Source: an uncultured Candidatus Saccharibacteria bacterium (GTDB lineage: Bacteria > Patescibacteriota > Doudnabacteria > UBA920). Taken from it: 64,000 nt of DNA. The stretch spans positions 72,002 through 136,001 of the forward strand of contig CAYODY010000001.1 in assembly GCA_964402965.1 (NCBI GenBank), in the 5' to 3' direction. The translations under genes and the position numbers were made by a program. Below, piece after piece: positions 58,567-64,000 of this stretch. Under the pieces are notes generated by a model, which was not told the origin of the DNA, searched no databases, and worked only from the letters and a program-made list of their open reading frames with translations. The stretch's first letter is position 1. Each line of letters begins with the position of its first letter.

Positions 58567-61407
58567 TTATGCCCTAAATTCTAATTCTTTGCCAGTCAAA
58601 TATTTTTGATGGTCTGGTGAATTAATTAGCCCACATTTTTTGTATTTCTTTCCGCTTCCGCAATAACAAAGATCATTGCGACCAATTCCTACTGCACGAG
58701 GATCTGCTTCAACTGCTTTGGCTTGAATAGCTTGAGGTTCAGCTGACCCAGCATTGCTTCCTGAGAGAATTATATTTCCTTGCTCAACATGTTGTTGTCC
58801 ATCTTCATGAATATGCACACCAACTTTCAAAACTGAGTACACAACTTGTTTGTCTATATCATCAAGTAAGTTTTGGAAAAGATTAAATCCTTCTTTTTTG
58901 TATTCAACCAAAGGATCACGTTGACCGTAACCACGTAAACGAACTGAATCTCGCAAATGGTCCATTGTGTCTAAGTGTTCCATCCAAAGTGTATCTATGG
59001 ATTGCAAGATTATGAAACGCATAATTTGCTCATAGTTCTCTGCGCCAATTTCTTGTTCTTTGGATTCCATAACTTTCACAGCGCCAACATAAAGTTCATC
59101 TATTAAAACAAATTCTCGATCGCTGGAATTTGCCATAGCTTCTTCTATTGTAGCTTGTTGAGAATTCGCAATAGGATAGATAGTATTTACAGTTTTAAAA
59201 ATTTCTTCTAGTGCGCTTTTTTCTTCAGTATGCGCACTGAATGCAGATTGAACTATGTATTCAATTTCCTCTTTAAGTAGTTCTAAAACTTCATCGCGGA
59301 TGTTTACAAATTCACTTTCTTGAGATTCATCTGTTTCTAAAGTTTCTTCTGTAAGTACAGGATTTGTTTGTCCTGCTAAGTAATTGCGACGACGTTTGTA
59401 AATTACTTTACGTTGATGATTTAGAACGTCATCATATTCTAAAACGTTTTTACGAGTATCAAAGTTTAATCCTTCAATTTTCTTTTGCGCAGATTCAATA
59501 GAACGAGAAACTAAACGTGCTTCTACTGGCTGGTCATCTGGGATACGCAAAGTTTCCATCATGCTTTGCATTCTTTCACCACCAAAAAGACGCATTAGGT
59601 CATCTCCCATAGATACATAGAATTGACTAGACCCTGGGTCACCCTGACGTCCACTACGTCCACGAAGCTGGTTGTCTATACGTCGAGATTCGTGTCTTTC
59701 TGTACCGATTACTGCAAGACCTCCTGCTTCTCTAACTTTTTCTGCTTCTTCTTTATTGATTGGATTTCCACCCAAAAAGATGTCCACACCACGTCCTGCG
59801 ATGTTTGTAGCCAGAGTTATAGCACCAAAAGACCCAGCTTGAGCAATAATTTGTGCTTCACGTTCATGATTTTTAGCGTTCAACAGTTCAAAACGCAAAC
59901 CTTCTTTTTTAAGGTATTCTGCTAATAATTCATTTTTTGCAATGCTGACCGTTCCAATTAAAACAGGTTGCCCGCGCTTATTTCGTTCTTTTACATCCTT
60001 GGCTATTGCAGCAAATTTACCTTCTTCATTTTTGTATACCAAATCTGGTTCATCAATTCTAATCATTGGTTGGTTCGTCGGAATTTGGATAACTTCTAGT
60101 TGATAAATTTTAAAGAACTCTTCTTCTTCTGTTTTTCCTGTACCAGTCATACCAGAAAGTCTATCGTACAAACGGAATAAGTTTTGGAAAGTAATAGTTG
60201 CTAAAGTTTTACTCTCTTGTTGGATTTTAACGTTTTCTTTAGCTTCTATTGCTTGGTGCAATCCTTCGCTGTAACGACGTCCAAACATTAAACGACCAGT
60301 GAATTCATCTACAATGATAATTTCATTGTCTCGAATTACATAGTCACGATCTTTTAAGAACAAAGTTTTAGCTCGCAAAGCTTGTTCAATATGATGCAAA
60401 GTAGTAACACCTTTACTTGTATCGTAGATGTTATCTAGTTTTAAGATTTGTTCAATTTTATTTATTCCATCGTCAGTTAAGGTTGCAGCTTTGTGTTTTT
60501 CATCTACATTATAGTCAACATCTTCTTGAAGTTGATTTACAATTTGTGAAAATTGTATGTATTTGTCTGTTGGGTCAGTATCTGGTTGAGAGATAATTAA
60601 CGGAGTACGAGCTTCATCAATTAATATACTGTCGACTTCGTCTACAATTGTGAAAAACAAATCGCGTTGGCGAAGTTCAGAAGTGCGTTGCACCATGTTA
60701 TCACGCAAATAGTCAAAACCGTATTCGTTGTTAGTTCCGTAAGTTATGTCTGCTCTGTACGCTTCTTGGCGAGAGATTGGTCGCATATGCTTTACGTCCA
60801 AAACAAGACCTTGAATCTGTCCTTCTATCTGTTCAATTTCTTCTTGGACAGGTTGAAAAGTTGGATCGTAAATGAAAGATGCTTCATGTTGAATACTCGC
60901 AGTTGTTAATCCAAGTTGGTCGTATACTTTTCCCATTAAACTTGCTTGCCAACGAGCTAAGTAGTCGTTCACAGTTACCAAATGTGTGCCTCGTCCTGCT
61001 AGTGCAAATAAAACGATTGGTAAAGTAGCGGTTAAGGTTTTACCTTCACCAGTTTTCATTTCTGCGATGTTTCCATCTGCCAAAACTAATCCGCCTGCAA
61101 GCTGAACATCATAATGGAATTGTCCGATAGCACGTTTTCCCGCTTCTCTTGTTAAAGCAAAAACTCGAGGACGAATTTCTGCTAATTTTTTGAACATAGC
61201 TTCTTTTGCAGATTTCTTTTGAGATCCTGCTGAAGAATCCATTTTCTCAGAAAATGGCTTTAATTCTTTCTTAAATTTTGCTATTTCATCTTTAATTTGA
61301 TCATCAGTAAGGCTCGCGATTTCATCTTTATAGCTGTTTATGGTCGCAATTTCTCCTGAATAGATTTTTAAAGGGTCACTGGAAAATAGTTTTGAAAATA
61401 TAGACAT
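58567..61407 (-). CDS. secA: preprotein translocase ATPase SecA
   Basis: DEAD-like motor motifs (MKTGEGKTL, DEVDSILIDEARTPLIIS) and a C-terminal zinc finger (CYCGSGKKYKKCG). 946 aa. Confidence 0.95.
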   Translation of the reverse strand: MSIFSKLFSSDPLKIYSGEIATINSYKDEIASLTDDQIKDEIAKFKKELKPFSEKMDSSAGSQKKSAKEAMFKKLAEIRPRVFALTREAGKRAIGQFHYDVQLAGGLVLADGNIAEMKTGEGKTLTATLPIVLFALAGRGTHLVTVNDYLARWQASLMGKVYDQLGLTTASIQHEASFIYDPTFQPVQEEIEQIEGQIQGLVLDVKHMRPISRQEAYRADITYGTNNEYGFDYLRDNMVQRTSELRQRDLFFTIVDEVDSILIDEARTPLIISQPDTDPTDKYIQFSQIVNQLQEDVDYNVDEKHKAATLTDDGINKIEQILKLDNIYDTSKGVTTLHHIEQALRAKTLFLKDRDYVIRDNEIIIVDEFTGRLMFGRRYSEGLHQAIEAKENVKIQQESKTLATITFQNLFRLYDRLSGMTGTGKTEEEEFFKIYQLEVIQIPTNQPMIRIDEPDLVYKNEEGKFAAIAKDVKERNKRGQPVLIGTVSIAKNELLAEYLKKEGLRFELLNAKNHEREAQIIAQAGSFGAITLATNIAGRGVDIFLGGNPINKEEAEKVREAGGLAVIGTERHESRRIDNQLRGRSGRQGDPGSSQFYVSMGDDLMRLFGGERMQSMMETLRIPDDQPVEARLVSRSIESAQKKIEGLNFDTRKNVLEYDDVLNHQRKVIYKRRRNYLAGQTNPVLTEETLETDESQESEFVNIRDEVLELLKEEIEYIVQSAFSAHTEEKSALEEIFKTVNTIYPIANSQQATIEEAMANSSDREFVLIDELYVGAVKVMESKEQEIGAENYEQIMRFIILQSIDTLWMEHLDTMDHLRDSVRLRGYGQRDPLVEYKKEGFNLFQNLLDDIDKQVVYSVLKVGVHIHEDGQQHVEQGNIILSGSNAGSAEPQAIQAKAVEADPRAVGIGRNDLCYCGSGKKYKKCGLINSPDHQKYLTGKELEFRA

Positions 61408-61469
61408 GAAAATATGAGTAAATTAGTAAAAAATGCCGTAAAATGGCGGTATTTCAAGGTATTATACCA

Positions 61470-62168
61470 CTATTTATACAAATATAATAGCCAAAAATTT
61501 CGTTTATATGACTTTCCTTGGAATTGAGTGTGGCTAGATTTGCGTTCTATGTGTTTAATTTTAAAGTCAGAATAAAGATTTTGAATGTCTTCTTTTGTGA
61601 AAACTCGTTCTACAATTCTAGTTTCGGGCATGATGTAAGTATCTTTTTCGTTCATTGGAAACTTTTCTAGTAAGTTCTGAGCGTTTTTGTCTCCATCTTT
61701 ACACAGTGCTTTAACAAACATGTACCCACCTGGTTTTAAAACTCTGTTAACTTCCTTTATATACGCAGTTCTCTCGGCTTCAGTTAATGAGTTTGAAGAG
61801 ACTACATCAATAATAATATCGAATTCACTATCTCTAAGCGGAAAATCTTCACCTATACTATGCCTTAAGAATGTACACATTACACCAGCTTCATTTGCGC
61901 GTCCTTCAGCTAGTGCAATCGCTGTTTCTGAAATTTCCATGCCAGTGACCTCGCAACCACGTTCAGCTAAAAAAATTGAATTCTTTCCTGTACCAGATCC
62001 TAAATCCAAAACCCTCAACCCTTCGAGTTCAAGTTTTGCTGTTTTACGAAGCCACTTAATAAAATGTTTAAAATCTAACTGGGGCTCATTAGAATTACTA
62101 ATCAGTTTTGGGTTGCGATATTCTTTTTCCCAGACGTCTGTTTGAGGCATGTGTTTATAAACGAACAA
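61470..62168 (-). CDS. class I SAM-dependent methyltransferase
   Basis: Motif I VLDLGSGTGKNSIFLAERGCEVTGMEIS. 232 aa. Confidence 0.75.
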   Translation of the reverse strand: MFVYKHMPQTDVWEKEYRNPKLISNSNEPQLDFKHFIKWLRKTAKLELEGLRVLDLGSGTGKNSIFLAERGCEVTGMEISETAIALAEGRANEAGVMCTFLRHSIGEDFPLRDSEFDIIIDVVSSNSLTEAERTAYIKEVNRVLKPGGYMFVKALCKDGDKNAQNLLEKFPMNEKDTYIMPETRIVERVFTKEDIQNLYSDFKIKHIERKSSHTQFQGKSYKRNFWLLYLYK

Positions 62169-62195
62169 CCCCGATTTCTCGGGATTGTTTTTAAT

Positions 62196-62525
62196 CTAAT
62201 TTCGTTTGAAGAATCTTCCTATTCTACGACGCAAACTTATTTGCTTATCTTTTTCTTTAGTTAACTGTTGTTTAATTTTAGGGAGTACAAGGTCAATTGC
62301 TTCGTAAAAGTCATTACCCATAGCATCTGCGTAAACTCCTCTAGGAGTTATATGCACTTCAACCCTGCTAAACAAACCTGATTTATGGTGAGTATCTTCC
62401 CCTATTTCAACGCGAATTTTGTCTTCAGGCTTCATAAAGCCTTCAATTGTTGAGATTTTGTTCTCAATAGTTTGACGAATCGCATCGGTCAAGGTTGTGT
62501 TTGTAGCTTTGATGTTAATGTTCAT
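62196..62525 (-). CDS. hpf: ribosome hibernation promoting factor (RaiA/HPF short form)
   Basis: MNINIKATNTTLTDAIRQTIENKISTIEGF...RVEVHI is the typical S30AE/HPF sequence. 109 aa. Confidence 0.85.
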   Translation of the reverse strand: MNINIKATNTTLTDAIRQTIENKISTIEGFMKPEDKIRVEIGEDTHHKSGLFSRVEVHITPRGVYADAMGNDFYEAIDLVLPKIKQQLTKEKDKQISLRRRIGRFFKRN

Positions 62526-62594
62526 AATTAAATCTCCTTGTACCTATATTATAGCACGTAATCCCTGTAAACTAACTTGCTAACTAGCTTTTGA

Positions 62595-64000
62595 CTAGCT
62601 AGATAAAGAAACCAAATCTTGAGCTAGGACGTTAAAATTACCTACCGCCATTACTATTACTACATCTCCAGACTTTGACTCACCTTTTAATATATCTAAA
62701 GCTTCTGATTTATCTTTCACAAGACGGACATTCTCGTGGTGTTTAGAAATTTCATCTACAACTTGAGCACCTGTTATATTTCCCTCTTGCACTCTTTCTC
62801 GTGCAGGATATATTTCTGCCAACAATACTTCATCTGCAGGCTCAAACGCTTTTGCTAATTCTGGCAATGTAGCTATTGTACGAGAAAAAGTGTGTGGTTC
62901 AAAAACAGCCCAAATTTTTTGATTCGGAAATTTTAAACGTGCTGTTCGAAGTGTTTCTAAAATTGCTGTAGGGTGATGTGCGTAATCATCGTAAACTTTA
63001 ACGCCATCTTTTTCTCCTATGAACTCGAATCTTCGTTTCACTCCATAGTAAGTTGAGATGCCATCTTGAACCTGTTCTTGAGTAAAGCCAAGTGTGCGAA
63101 GAGTGGCAATAACCCCTAAAGCATTATAAACATTTATATGGCCAGATAAATTTATGTTGTAATTCTCAGTTAAATTCTCTCGTCCTTCTTTTGTCCAAAC
63201 CACAGAAAAACTTGTTCCATCCTCAGTTGAAACTATGTCTGTAGCTCTAAAGTCTGCAGGCGCATCTAAGGCAAAGGAAATTTGCCCAACATTACTCTCG
63301 TACATAAGCTGAGTTAAAGCAATACTGTCTGCGTTATAAGCGACTAAAGCGTCTGATGGTAAGTCATGAATTAATGTTCTAAACTCATTTTGCATTTCTT
63401 CCAGAGAGTCAAATATATCTGGATGATCAAACTCCAAGTTTGTTAAAAGCAAAATATCTGCTTTGTATTGGTGGAATTTAGGGGTTGGGTCATTGTGTAG
63501 CGCTTTGTATTCATCTCCTTCAAATACAAAATAGTGGCCATCGCCAACATGAAAATTAGTGTTGTCATGTTGTAAAACTGCTCCGGTCATAAATGAGCTA
63601 TCATCAATTGTTTGCAAAGTTTTTCCTAGCATTCCTGCTGTAGTAGATTTTCCATGAGTACCAGCAACTACAACTCGGAGTTTGTCTTGCGCTAATGCTG
63701 CCAAGAGTTCGCTAAACGAATGGATCTCGATTTCTTGTTTTTCAAGCCAAGCTATTTCTGGGTTAGTTGTGCCTTCACCGGCAGAGGCAATATACAAATC
63801 CGCATGAGCATTTGCTACATTCTCTTCTGCAAAACCTGCAAAGTATTCTATATCGTTGTTTTCTAGTACAGACTTAGCGGGATCATAAAGTTCTTTACTG
63901 TCCGATCCAGAAACTTCAATACCCATCTGCGCTGAAATTCCTGCCGCAGCAGACATACCTACCCCTCCAATACCAATGAAATATATCTTTTTTACATTCT
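62595..64000 (-). CDS. murC: UDP-N-acetylmuramate--L-alanine ligase MurC (5' end beyond window)
   Basis: AGTHGKSTTAGML P-loop. The frame stays open to the window edge upstream of the internal Met at 63956 (KKIYFIGIGGVGMSAAAGI), so the true start is probably beyond position 64000. Confidence 0.88.
   Translation of the reverse strand, partial: NVKKIYFIGIGGVGMSAAAGISAQMGIEVSGSDSKELYDPAKSVLENNDIEYFAGFAEENVANAHADLYIASAGEGTTNPEIAWLEKQEIEIHSFSELLAALAQDKLRVVVAGTHGKSTTAGMLGKTLQTIDDSSFMTGAVLQHDNTNFHVGDGHYFVFEGDEYKALHNDPTPKFHQYKADILLLTNLEFDHPDIFDSLEEMQNEFRTLIHDLPSDALVAYNADSIALTQLMYESNVGQISFALDAPADFRATDIVSTEDGTSFSVVWTKEGRENLTENYNINLSGHINVYNALGVIATLRTLGFTQEQVQDGISTYYGVKRRFEFIGEKDGVKVYDDYAHHPTAILETLRTARLKFPNQKIWAVFEPHTFSRTIATLPELAKAFEPADEVLLAEIYPARERVQEGNITGAQVVDEISKHHENVRLVKDKSEALDILKGESKSGDVVIVMAVGNFNVLAQDLVSLSS

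Overview
This is a low-GC bacterial chromosomal segment from a small, streamlined genome. The gene content looks like Patescibacteria/CPR, but I cannot place it reliably. The genetic code is standard. UGA is used as a stop (for example at rplI), and an intact prfB with no programmed frameshift is present. About 70 genes are called and all but two lie on the minus strand.

Housekeeping content, 5' to 3' on the plus strand: rplI, ftsX, ftsE, prfB, then a dTTP-synthesis operon (folA-thyA-tmk-dcd, transcribed dcd to folA). Next comes secE-nusG-rplK-[small membrane ORF]-rplA, then gyrB, pheS with a free-standing PheT-type tRNA-binding domain, and DedA. A complete F1Fo ATP synthase operon follows (atpI-like-B-E-F-H-A-G-D-C), then lepA, murJ, ftsW, murD, mraY, a PBP5-type carboxypeptidase, trxA, secDF, pepN, a family-4 UDG, secA, hpf and partial murC.

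There are five tRNAs: Asp-GUC, Met-CAU, Thr-CGU, Gly-CCC and an initiator tRNA-fMet.

The accessory content is the interesting part:
1. The initiator tRNA-fMet gene is interrupted in its anticodon loop by a ~650-nt group I intron. The P, Q, R and S core elements are recognisable. The intron carries a 147-aa PD-(D/E)xK-type ORF that is a candidate homing endonuclease.
2. Next to this tRNA cluster is a compact type II R-M module. It consists of an HhaI-family m5C methyltransferase and a translationally coupled 339-aa candidate endonuclease. It is bracketed by two similar hairpins that share a ctctagaagg core.
3. Directly adjacent is a tightly packed RmuC / NYN / PIN / UvrD-helicase-with-PD-(D/E)xK-nuclease gene string.
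4. A compositionally foreign, higher-GC plus-strand ORF sits between ftsE and prfB with its own sigma70 promoter, SD and terminator.
5. A histone-H1-like Lys/Ala-rich 58-aa protein is encoded by tandem DNA repeats.
6. Downstream of secDF there is a VirD4/TraG-like ATPase with a membrane partner and a sigma-region-4/HARE-HTH protein.
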